Below, piece by piece: positions 37,090 through 45,150 of a stretch of 64,000 bases of DNA (its first letter is position 1; every line of letters starts with the position of its first letter). The translations under genes were made by a program, and so were the position numbers. The stretch is from Chitinophagaceae bacterium (GTDB taxonomy: Bacteria > Bacteroidota > Bacteroidia > Chitinophagales > Chitinophagaceae). Below the pieces are notes generated by a model. It ran no database searches and was not told the origin of the DNA. It saw only the letters and a program-made list of their open reading frames with translations. The stretch spans positions 21,081-85,080 of the forward strand of contig DATLTB010000113.1 in the NCBI GenBank assembly GCA_035533815.1, in the 5' to 3' direction.

Positions 37090-37362
37090 CATGACCACAA
37101 GTACAAAAACCGCATAAAAGTAAGAAACAAGAATCCCCCGGGCCCGGGTGAAAGACTACGGACCGGGCATTCCTGAAAATTACTGAAGAAAATATTCAAG
37201 GCTTTCTATTCCGCCAGGCTGGCTAACCTGGTCAGGGGTTGGGGCTTTACCTAAACCTTTACCTCAACGTTGATATCAACATCCTCGGGCCTGGCAGGCA
37301 ACTGCTGGTGGACGAACCCGGTAACTGGTGCGAAGTATTTTATTATGTTAACTGTTCCCCCT
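37090..37362 (+). pseudogene. Decayed C-terminal fragment of a second histidine kinase (HATPase_c remnant)
   Basis: The G1-like segment VKDYGPGIPEN spans 37148-37180. After a +1 frameshift comes LLKKIFKAFYSAR....RGWGF (G2-like). An in-frame TAA lies at 37252-37254. The fragment then reads ..GLAGNCWWTNPVTGAKYFIMLTVP, which matches the kinase C-terminus pattern GG.IWv.S..G.Gt.F.f.LP. There is no H-box or N-box upstream. Confidence 0.55.
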
Positions 37363-37852
37363 GCTGAAAGTGGAAAGATGCTGTTTTTGGAAGAATGGCT
37401 ACTGTCAACCTGCTGATGCAGACCAGTTTTCCGGAGTCATCCGATATCCGGATATCCCATACATGGCTCATTTTACCAATATGAAGGGGACGGGCCTCTC
37501 CGTGAACCTTCCCTGAAGCGACACTCCTGAGGTGGTTGGCATTAATCTCCATGCCCACACAGAGCTGCTTTTCCCGGTCGATGATCAGCGATGAAGCCAC
37601 GCTGCCCAGGGTTTCAGCCAGGGTTGCAGAGGCCCCTCCGTGCAGGATTCCGTATACCTGGCGGGTGTGTTCATCCACGGGCATGGTTGCCCTTAAATGG
37701 CCTTCCCCGATTTCCGTGAATTCAATGCCCAGCAATTTCACCATGGTGTGATTACCGAGATCATTGAGCGCATCCAGGGTCACATCGGTATCATGCCAAA
37801 TAGTATGCATGGGACTGTATTTCAAATGGGGTAAAAGGTCTTTGGCTTTCAT
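37343..37852 (-). CDS. PaaI-family hotdog-fold thioesterase
   Basis: 169 aa. It reads LGIEFTEIGEGHLRATMPVDEHTRQVYGILHGGASATLAETLGS and ...ARPLHIGKMSHVWDIRI.D..GKLV. These are typical of PaaI / 1,4-dihydroxy-2-naphthoyl-CoA hydrolase-like proteins. Confidence 0.8.
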   Translation of the reverse strand: MKAKDLLPHLKYSPMHTIWHDTDVTLDALNDLGNHTMVKLLGIEFTEIGEGHLRATMPVDEHTRQVYGILHGGASATLAETLGSVASSLIIDREKQLCVGMEINANHLRSVASGKVHGEARPLHIGKMSHVWDIRISDDSGKLVCISRLTVAILPKTASFHFQQGEQLT

Positions 37853-38367
37853 GATACAGGTTTTTGGGAATGACGCGGATTATGCGGAAACTGTTTGACC
37901 ACATCTGCAGTCACCGGTTCCGGCAGGAACCGGGATGCATCCCCGCCGTTAAGGATCACATCCCGCACGAGTGTGCTGGCAATCGTGGAATACCGGGGGG
38001 AGCAGGTCAGGAAAATAGTTTCAATGCCATGATCCAGCTGGCGGTTCATGTCCGCAATGGATTTTTCATATTCAAAATCACTGACATACCGAATACCCCT
38101 TAATATGAACCGGGCATCCAGCCTGTTGCAAAATTCAACAGTGAGGCCCGAATAGGCATATACTTTCACCTTTGGCTCCTCCTTATAAATTGACTTGAAC
38201 CAGTTCACACGCTGTTCCACAGTGAACATGGCCGTTTTGCCGGAATTCACGCCTACCCCGATATTCAGTTCATCAAACAGGTCCAGGGCGCGGCTGATAA
38301 TGTCCACATGCCCGTTGGTGACCGGGTCAAAGGTTCCGGGAAATAAGCAGATTCGAGGCATGGTCAA
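37849..38367 (-). CDS. coaD: Pantetheine-phosphate adenylyltransferase
   Basis: FPGTFDPVTNGHVDII, FILRGIR...DFEYE and STIASTLVR are present. A 4-nt overlap exists with each neighbouring gene. Confidence 0.93.
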   Translation of the reverse strand: MTMPRICLFPGTFDPVTNGHVDIISRALDLFDELNIGVGVNSGKTAMFTVEQRVNWFKSIYKEEPKVKVYAYSGLTVEFCNRLDARFILRGIRYVSDFEYEKSIADMNRQLDHGIETIFLTCSPRYSTIASTLVRDVILNGGDASRFLPEPVTADVVKQFPHNPRHSQKPVS

Positions 38368-38915
38368 CTGGGAGTATCCGGCTCCAAAATAAAGATAGAG
38401 AATATTGTGGTACCATAATGGCGGGCCATCCGGAAATGAGGCATCCCCGTAAAGTCATAACCCTTGGTATGTTCGAGAACAAACCATCCCCCGGGGAGTA
38501 AAAGTTTTTTTCCGATGATCAAATCAGCAATCCGGTCAATGTTTTCCAGCGCATAGGGCGGCCCAGCAAAGATGAAATCGAACTGATCCGTGCACTGCCG
38601 GATAAACCTGAACACGTCTGCATTGAAAATGGAAAAACCGGTGAAACCCAGGTTGTCGATGGTTTCCCGGATGAACCGTACCGTCGCCCTGTCCTGATCC
38701 ACCAAAGTCAGGCTGGATACCCCCCGGGAAGCTAATTCAAAACTGATGCTTCCGGTTCCGCAGAACAGGTCCAGGGTCCTCATCCCCTTAAAGTCCAGTT
38801 GGTTGGATAGAATATTAAATAACCCCTCCCTGGCCAGTTCAGTAGTGGGGCGGGCAGGAATGCCGGAAGGGGGGTAAAATTTACGGCCACCCTGCAAACC
38901 TCCTATGATGCGCAT
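38364..38915 (-). CDS. rsmD: 16S rRNA (guanine966-N2)-methyltransferase RsmD
   Basis: MRIIGG...G.....P....ARPTT...REGLFNIL, DLFCGTGSISFELASRG and FAGPPY are present. Confidence 0.9.
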   Translation of the reverse strand: MRIIGGLQGGRKFYPPSGIPARPTTELAREGLFNILSNQLDFKGMRTLDLFCGTGSISFELASRGVSSLTLVDQDRATVRFIRETIDNLGFTGFSIFNADVFRFIRQCTDQFDFIFAGPPYALENIDRIADLIIGKKLLLPGGWFVLEHTKGYDFTGMPHFRMARHYGTTIFSIFILEPDTPS

Positions 38916-39775
38916 GGAGCTAAGGTGAACAGGTGATAGAAATATCCCGAAGGATAAACATTGAACGGATCAATATAACTATATCCTGCTGGGCGCTCCA
39001 ATTGGGAGATATGGGGAAAATATTGTTTCAGTAACGCAGATATTGCCGGATTTTGCCGGGTTTCGCCGCCCAGGGAAACCCGGATACTATCCGAAGGCAG
39101 CTCCAGGACCCTGAGGACATTCAGGGCATGATACAGGATATCTGAAGGTGCTGTAAAGCGGATTTGCTGCTGATAGGTCAATTTACCTTCCCTAAATACC
39201 AGCATATGAAACCACTGGTTCCCGGGTAAAAGACAGAGGGTAGGAATCTCCGGATCATTTTGTTTCATCAGGGCAGTCAGCAAGGGGGTAACCGCATGAC
39301 ATAAAACCGCTCCGGAGAATTCCTTTTTCAGGTTACCCAGGATATTTCGATTCACCGCATAGATATTGATCATATCCAGCCCCACAGCCTGATCCGTCAT
39401 TACTTTTTCATCCGGCCCTTCCCCGTGGATCAGGTAAAGGGTATCCTTTTTATTCAGGGGGGAGTAAATTGAGCCAGGGACCAGTACGTTTTTATGGACA
39501 TTGAATGCGACCTGGATCCGCCGGAAAGCGGTATAAAGCATTTTATCGGTATCAAAACACCGTTCTATGAGGTCAAGTTCAGTCCTCCATTTTTGTCCGG
39601 ATGGAATTTGATAGGATTTAACGCCAATGAACCTGTTTCCGGATGTATCCAAAACAGCATAACTGAACTGACCATGTCCTACCAGGACCAGTAAAGTGCA
39701 TGCAGTCAGATCAACGGATGACAATGTGTTATCATCGATCGCAAAATCAGGCCTTATCTGCAGTTCTGCGGGCAT
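38903..39775 (-). CDS. DUF3822-family protein
   Basis: 290 aa. The position directly upstream of, and overlapping, rsmD-coaD matches the remembered Bacteroidota synteny for DUF3822. No catalytic motif was recognised. Confidence 0.55.
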   Translation of the reverse strand: MPAELQIRPDFAIDDNTLSSVDLTACTLLVLVGHGQFSYAVLDTSGNRFIGVKSYQIPSGQKWRTELDLIERCFDTDKMLYTAFRRIQVAFNVHKNVLVPGSIYSPLNKKDTLYLIHGEGPDEKVMTDQAVGLDMINIYAVNRNILGNLKKEFSGAVLCHAVTPLLTALMKQNDPEIPTLCLLPGNQWFHMLVFREGKLTYQQQIRFTAPSDILYHALNVLRVLELPSDSIRVSLGGETRQNPAISALLKQYFPHISQLERPAGYSYIDPFNVYPSGYFYHLFTLAPCAS

Positions 39776-39961
39776 TCCCTACATATTGAACACCGCAATA
39801 ATAGTTTAATTTTATGAGAATTTTTTTCATGCAGCCGGCTAAGCCCTGATCCAAAAACAGGACGGGTACTTCATTTTTGCATTATTGAAAATCTGCGCAG
39901 TAGGAAAAACCTGGTAACTGCCAAGGCTGGAAATCATTGATTACCGGATTTCCCTACCTGT

Positions 39962-40720
39962 TTATTGCAGGCTTTCCAGCAATTGATTGGCTCCTGCTTT
40001 GAAGGTAGAGTCATCCTCATGGGTATTACGCAGGGAAAGGGCTTTTTTGAGGGTGCTGATGGCTTGTGCATCTTCATTGTTTTTATGGTAAGCTTTCCCC
40101 AGTTCATAATACGCCTGGATAAACCCAGGGTCAAGTTGCAGGCTTTTCTGGTAATAGGTAATGGCATCCTTCAGGCTGGATTTGGGAACTCCTCCGAATA
40201 GCATGTTGGCTGCAGCCCGTTCAAAGAAATTCAGATTATACACTTCATAATTCCATTTGCCGAGCAGGAACCAGGCATCCGGATTTGCCGGGTCATATTT
40301 AATGGCAAGTTCCGTGTACCGTTTAATTCCCCGAAGGGCCGCTACTTTTTGCTTGGCCCCGGAAATGAGTGCCATCCTGCCCATGGCCACGGCTTCAACC
40401 AGATTCGCTTCCGCATTTTCGGGATTAATTTTCAATGCCCCATCGGCATATATTTTGGCCACCTTGAAATAAACCGTTTGTTTGTCTTTATCAGTCTCCC
40501 GGTTACCAATCCGGGAACACATCAAACTTGCCCTGGTGAGGGCTACCAGATTATCCGGCTGGATTTTGAGGGCTAACCGGTATTTGTTTAGCGCTTCTCC
40601 TTCATGCATAAGCTTTTCCAGCTGAAGACCCTGGCTAACCTCTTCGTCTGCTGTTTGGGCAACAACCCCGATAGGCATAGCAATAAAAGCAAGCAGGAGT
40701 AATAACTTACTGCGGTTCAT
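39962..40720 (-). CDS. Secreted tetratricopeptide-repeat (TPR) protein
   Basis: I prefer the ATG at 40720 (MNRSKLLLLLAFIAMPIGVVAQ signal peptide, 252 aa). TPR-like units are present: EALNKYRLALKIQPDN, AIKYDPANPDAWFLLGKW, AITYYQKSLQLDPGFIQAYYELGKAY. Confidence 0.8.
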   Translation of the reverse strand: MNRSKLLLLLAFIAMPIGVVAQTADEEVSQGLQLEKLMHEGEALNKYRLALKIQPDNLVALTRASLMCSRIGNRETDKDKQTVYFKVAKIYADGALKINPENAEANLVEAVAMGRMALISGAKQKVAALRGIKRYTELAIKYDPANPDAWFLLGKWNYEVYNLNFFERAAANMLFGGVPKSSLKDAITYYQKSLQLDPGFIQAYYELGKAYHKNNEDAQAISTLKKALSLRNTHEDDSTFKAGANQLLESLQ

Positions 40721-40772
40721 AGGATGGTCAATTATAAAAGAAAGTAAATATAATAAAACTATAATAAATAAG

Positions 40773-41123
40773 TCAGTATTTATTTTGTTGCCGGACCGAG
40801 CAGCTGGCCACTTCCCCCTCCAGGGGCGGATGAAGCTTCCGAACCCGAACATCGGAACTCCGGAGCAAGGGGAAACGATCTTTTAACCCGCAAGAAATCT
40901 GCTGTACCAACTGTTCAAGAAGCAGCTGCCTTTTCCCCATGACCGATTTCACGATACCATATACGGCTTCATAATCGACAGACTGGTTCAGGCCTAGTAT
41001 TTCTTCTCCTGGTTCAAATTCCAGGTGGACCGTAACTTCAAAGGTGTTTCCACAAATCTCTTCTTCCGGATGGAAGCCATGATAACCGGAAAAAAGCATG
41101 CCTTCCAGGGAAACTGTATGCAT
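40773..41123 (-). CDS. folB: Dihydroneopterin aldolase
   Basis: I prefer the ATG at 41123 (MHTVSLEGMLFSGYHGFHPEEEICGNTFEVTV.., 116 aa). The pattern ..DY..VY..V......LLE.L is typical of FolB. Confidence 0.85.
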   Translation of the reverse strand: MHTVSLEGMLFSGYHGFHPEEEICGNTFEVTVHLEFEPGEEILGLNQSVDYEAVYGIVKSVMGKRQLLLEQLVQQISCGLKDRFPLLRSSDVRVRKLHPPLEGEVASCSVRQQNKY

Positions 41124-41142
41124 ATCCTGTACTTTTCTGAGC

Positions 41143-42093
41143 TTAATGCAAGCCTTTAATGGAAAGATATCTTTCGGCATCGAGGGCTGCCATGCAACCA
41201 CTGCCTGCTGCAGTCACTGCCTGACGGTAGATCCGGTCCTGGACATCCCCGCAGGCAAAAACCCCTTCCCTGCTGGTAACTGTAGATCCGGCTTGGGTCC
41301 GGATATAACCCTGGGGATCCATATCAAGCCAAGGTTTGAAAATGCCTGAGTTGGGTTCATGGCCGATAGCTACAAACAGGGCGGATACCGGGATACTGGA
41401 CCGCTCCCCGGTCAGGTTATTTTCAATAAGCACTGCTTCGACTTTTTTATCTCCCATCACTTCAGCCACTTCCGTATTCCAGTAAACTGAGATATTTGGA
41501 GTACGCAAAACCCGGTCCTGCATTACCCGGGAAGCACGCATGGCAGTTTTTCTGATCAACATATGTACCTGGCTGCAGAGTTTGGATAAATATAAGGCTT
41601 CTTCACAGGCTGTGTCTCCTGCTCCTACAATGACTACTTCCTTTCCCCTGAAAAAAAACCCATCGCAAACTGCACAGGCGCTGACCCCATATCCGTTAAG
41701 CCGCTGCTCGGAAGGCAGACCCAGCCATTTGGCTGAAGCCCCGGTGGCAATGATCACTGCCTGTGTCTCAATGATCTTTCCATCATCCATCGTAATCCGA
41801 TGGATATCTCCACTGAAATCCGCTCCGGCAGCTACAGCGAACCGGATATCCGCACCCATTCTGGCAGCCTGCTTTTCAAAATCCATCATCATTGCCGGAC
41901 CCTGGATCCCCTGGGGATAGCCAGGATAATTTTCCACATCTGTGGTAATCGTCAGCTGGCCTCCGGGCTGGCTGCCCTGAATTAACAAAGGCTTCAGATT
42001 GGCCCTTGCTGCATAAATGGCTGCAGTATACCCAGCCGGGCCCGATCCGATGATCAGCAGTTGCACCTTTTCCATGACTGAAGGCTGGTTCAT
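41143..42093 (-). CDS. trxB: Thioredoxin-disulfide reductase
   Basis: 316 aa. It has the FAD motif IIGSGPAGYTAAIYAAR, the redox centre CAVCDG, the NADPH motif VIVGAGDTACEEALYL and GVFACGDV. Confidence 0.95.
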   Translation of the reverse strand: MNQPSVMEKVQLLIIGSGPAGYTAAIYAARANLKPLLIQGSQPGGQLTITTDVENYPGYPQGIQGPAMMMDFEKQAARMGADIRFAVAAGADFSGDIHRITMDDGKIIETQAVIIATGASAKWLGLPSEQRLNGYGVSACAVCDGFFFRGKEVVIVGAGDTACEEALYLSKLCSQVHMLIRKTAMRASRVMQDRVLRTPNISVYWNTEVAEVMGDKKVEAVLIENNLTGERSSIPVSALFVAIGHEPNSGIFKPWLDMDPQGYIRTQAGSTVTSREGVFACGDVQDRIYRQAVTAAGSGCMAALDAERYLSIKGLH

Positions 42094-42127
42094 GAGGCAA
42101 ATTTAAACCCGCAAATATACAAATCCA

Positions 42128-43009
42128 TTAAGGGATTATGATGGTTTTGTATTGCTGCTCGTAACCACCCCAATATCCGAGAGCGCCAGGAACATTGCCG
42201 AGAATCAGGATTGGAGAGGAAAACGGATTACCTGTATTGGTGAAAGAATAGTCATAAGTGTGCCAGAAATTATAGGTGGCCTGGTCAATATTACTGAGTT
42301 CAACAGTAACTGTATCGCCGACCTGGAAAAACCGGTGAGCTGAATCCGTAATATTATTCTTGTCAAATCCAGGCGCTATTTCCGTGGAATAGGTGGTGCC
42401 ATTAGTGAGGTCATCATTGAAAACACTGTTGAATCCCGGAAGAAAAGGACCGGAATTGATCCTCGTAAAATACCGGATACAATTACCCGGCTGGGGGGGA
42501 TCAGTAATGCTGCCCATCAGGATAGCCTTGCCGCTGTCCGCTTTTAAGGGGGGATAAATCACCCAAAGGGAGTCGAGGATATCCCCGCCCTTGGGTATGG
42601 AAGTGGAGGCTGTATACGAAGTTCCCCCGGTGATGATATGCAAGGAATAGGTATTTCCAGGCACACCGGTGAATATTTGCAGGGGCCGGGAGCTGTCTGC
42701 ACTGTAAAAATAAATGGTATTCCCACCCGTGGTATCCAGGGCATATTCCTTCAGGGTCTGTGTCTGAATTCCATTGGAGACCGTGATGGTCGCCCCATGT
42801 ACAAAAGAACTGTCGATCAGGGAGGAACTGATCTTGGAAAAGAAACCCAAGCTGTGGGAAAGGATCACTACAGGCGGGAGCCCGCTATAAATATACCCTT
42901 CTACTACCAGCTGGGATGCGGAGCCAGGTATAACGATATGGATTGCTTTTTCACAACCGCTGGTTAGGATCAGCAGGATCAGGGTTGCGCTGAAAATGGC
43001 ATTTTTCAT
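42128..43009 (-). CDS. DUF4249-family lipoprotein
   Basis: I prefer the ATG at 43009 (MKNAIFSATLILLILTSGCEK lipobox). SQLVVEGYIYSG...VILSHS is the usual DUF4249 opening. Unusually, no TonB-dependent receptor lies next to it. Confidence 0.6.
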   Translation of the reverse strand: MKNAIFSATLILLILTSGCEKAIHIVIPGSASQLVVEGYIYSGLPPVVILSHSLGFFSKISSSLIDSSFVHGATITVSNGIQTQTLKEYALDTTGGNTIYFYSADSSRPLQIFTGVPGNTYSLHIITGGTSYTASTSIPKGGDILDSLWVIYPPLKADSGKAILMGSITDPPQPGNCIRYFTRINSGPFLPGFNSVFNDDLTNGTTYSTEIAPGFDKNNITDSAHRFFQVGDTVTVELSNIDQATYNFWHTYDYSFTNTGNPFSSPILILGNVPGALGYWGGYEQQYKTIIIP

Positions 43010-43120
43010 ACTCGGGCCCAAAAATAACTTATTCCCCGGCATGTGTCAACGGGATCAGGAAAAGGATTTGCTATGGACATTCAAAACTCATGATCAGGGC
43101 AAAACGCTGCCTGGTTTGCT

Positions 43121-43154
43121 GAAAAGCAAAACCCACCTGATGGATGGGTTTTGC
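43121..43154 (-). terminator. Intrinsic terminator after the 54-aa Cys-rich peptide gene
   Basis: On the minus strand, GCAAAACCCA-(9 nt)-TGGGTTTTGC is a 10-bp stem followed by TTTTC. It lies 46 nt after the stop at 43200. Confidence 0.65.
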
Positions 43155-43199
43155 TATACTTAGCCGGATCGATTGATTATACCCGGTATTTCCCTGCTG

Positions 43200-43364
43200 C
43201 TATTTGCAACCGGGTGGGCAAACCGGGGAGGAACAGCCAGGCTTGTGGCAACAGGTGGCTTCCTTGCCGGTTTTCTTTTTGGCTTTATGGCCAGGGTGAA
43301 TGTTGGCCGTTGCATAAGTCTGCAAGGCGCACATCACGATGACTGCCATTATGATTTTTTTCAT
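43200..43364 (-). CDS. Small secreted Cys/His-rich peptide (54 aa; 36-aa predicted mature form)
   Basis: The sequence is MKKIIMAVIVMCALQTYA|TANIHPGHKAKKKTGKEATCCHKPGCSSPVCPPGCK. It has a clear signal peptide and 5 Cys in the last 17 residues. It has its own downstream terminator. I trimmed the start from the 77-aa ORF-track ORF. Confidence 0.45.
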   Translation of the reverse strand: MKKIIMAVIVMCALQTYATANIHPGHKAKKKTGKEATCCHKPGCSSPVCPPGCK

Positions 43365-43405
43365 TGTCGACATTTTAAGGTAAGAAAAAATGAGTATCGC
43401 GCGTG

Positions 43406-43765
43406 TCAACAATTCCGGGGAGGGTGCCAGCAATCCTTACAAAAGACTGAATATAGATTTTCACTCCCATAAAGATAGTTTTGGCGTGCTGCTTTTCGGG
43501 CAGGAACGGATCCTGTAAAGGGACTGATCAACCCCGGATATAGCCAGCAAATAAAAAAAGGATTACATACTCCTCCCTGGCATGCATCCCCTGTAGGGTT
43601 TTTCTTTTCATTGGAATGGGTGCAAGGGTCGGCTGCTGCTTTCTCAGAGGGGCAATTATGGCAATTACCGGGAAGCTGACCGGGTGATTTTCCCTGGTCT
43701 CCGGGAAAAGGGAATGCCGAAAAACCCATCACGATCAGGGCAATGAATACTGCTGTCAATTTCAT
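43406..43765 (-). CDS. Small secreted Cys-rich protein, DUF6660-like
   Basis: 119 aa with signal peptide MKLTAVFIALIVMGFSA. It reads CHNCPS..DPCTHS......DACQGGVCNPFFICW and ends ..CKDCWHPPRNC. This resembles the remembered DUF6660 pattern (central C.PFC.C and terminal (I)WQPPK). Confidence 0.5.
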   Translation of the reverse strand: MKLTAVFIALIVMGFSAFPFPGDQGKSPGQLPGNCHNCPSEKAAADPCTHSNEKKNPTGDACQGGVCNPFFICWLYPGLISPFTGSVPARKAARQNYLYGSENLYSVFCKDCWHPPRNC

Positions 43766-43834
43766 GGCATACTGAAGTTAAACCATGCACAGGGGTAAAA
43801 AAATAAAATTAGGGAATTCCAGGTCATCCCCCGA

Positions 43835-43867
43835 AGAAAAAAATCCCCCCGGAATGCGGGGGGATTT
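43835..43867 (-). terminator. Intrinsic terminator of rpoD
   Basis: On the minus strand, AAATCCCCCC-GCATTCC-GGGGGGATTT is followed by TTTTTTCTTC. It lies 27 nt after the rpoD stop. Confidence 0.75.
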
Positions 43868-43893
43868 GCAAAATAATAAAAGTTATTGGGCAA

Positions 43894-44751
43894 TTATCCC
43901 AGGTAAGTTTTCAGGGCCCCGCTATACCGGGCTTTCTGTAACCTTTTAATGGCCCTTTCCTTGATCTGGCGGATTCTTTCTTTGGTCAGGTCATATTTCT
44001 GGCCGATCTGTTCAATGGTAGCCCCGTTTTCCCCGTCCAGCCCGAAATAGGCATTGACGATCTCGGATTCCCGTGGGCTAAGTGATTTCAGAACCCTGCG
44101 GATCTCTTCCCTCAGGGAATCCTGCATGACCATATCATCTGTAACGGCTCCGCCTTCCAATAAATCTCCCATGGCCACATCCTCGGCTTCATGCACCGGG
44201 GCATCCAGGGACATATGCCGGGTATTGCTGCTGAAAATATTATTGATCTCCGATTCACTCATGGCTAGCATTTCCGCCAGTTCTTCGGTAGATGGCTCCC
44301 GCTCATTTTCCTGTTCGAAAGCCATATAGGCCTTATTGGCTTTATTGTAAGTGCCAATCTTGTTTTGCGGCAAACGAACCAATCTTCCCTGCTCAGCCAA
44401 TGCCTGCAGGATAGATTGCCTGATCCACCAGACCGCATAAGAAATGAACTTAAACCCCTTGGTTTCATCAAACCGCTGGGCTGCCTTGATCAGGCCCAGG
44501 TTCCCTTCATTGATCAAGTCACTCAGGGACAAACCCTGGTGTTGATATTGTTTAGCCACAGACACTACGAAACGAAGGTTTCCGGTGGTCAGCCGCTCCA
44601 AAGCTTTCTGGTCGCCCATTTTGATCCGCTGCGCCAGGGTGGTTTCTTCCTCCGGGGTGAGCAAAGAAATTTTGGAGATTTCCTGAAGGTATTTTTCTAC
44701 CGCCTGGGAATCCCTGTTGGTAATCTGCGTGGCAATTTTAAGCTGCCTCAT
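43894..44751 (-). CDS. rpoD: RNA polymerase primary sigma factor (Bacteroidota short sigma-A)
   Basis: 285 aa. Region 2 reads NLRFVVSVAKQY..QGLSL.DLINEGNLGLIKAAQRFD..KGFKFISYAVWWIRQSI. Region 4.2 reads TIEQIGQKYDLTKERIRQIKERAIKRL. Confidence 0.95.
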   Translation of the reverse strand: MRQLKIATQITNRDSQAVEKYLQEISKISLLTPEEETTLAQRIKMGDQKALERLTTGNLRFVVSVAKQYQHQGLSLSDLINEGNLGLIKAAQRFDETKGFKFISYAVWWIRQSILQALAEQGRLVRLPQNKIGTYNKANKAYMAFEQENEREPSTEELAEMLAMSESEINNIFSSNTRHMSLDAPVHEAEDVAMGDLLEGGAVTDDMVMQDSLREEIRRVLKSLSPRESEIVNAYFGLDGENGATIEQIGQKYDLTKERIRQIKERAIKRLQKARYSGALKTYLG

Positions 44752-45150
44752 ATGATTCTATTAAAAATATATTAAATTTTAATATGTATAATAAACTTAT
44801 TGCCATTAAAAATATCGGGTTCCTCGCCAATCAATTATTCAGATTATTTCTAGTAAATCCCTAACACGGGAAAAGCAAGGGGATCAAAAAAATATAGGGT
44901 CGCAAAAATCATGCTACATTTAAGCCAAAAGATATTCTTATTATTGTTTTTAACTTTTTATAAACTATTCAAGGTGAAGTATAAATTTTGATCCCCCGTT
45001 TTTTAATCTTGGACGCGAAATTAAGCTAATCGTTGCATCTTTTTCTAATGATTTTTTGTTTTTTTACATTAAACTGGCAATCTGACATTCCACAAATTCA
45101 GGTAAGGGATGGGGTAATTCCATTATTTTTACAAGTATACTTATTTCTGC

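Noticed and set aside
40721-40852. Upstream extensions of several ORF-track ORFs. These are the TPR protein 40721-40852, folB 41124-41201, DUF4249 43010-43042, the big protein 52312-52452, HMA 29283-29336, tpiA 11504-11551 and L31 13090-13113.
   Set aside because: The extensions overlap neighbouring genes or precede an obvious signal peptide or conserved N-terminus. I chose the internal ATG starts instead.
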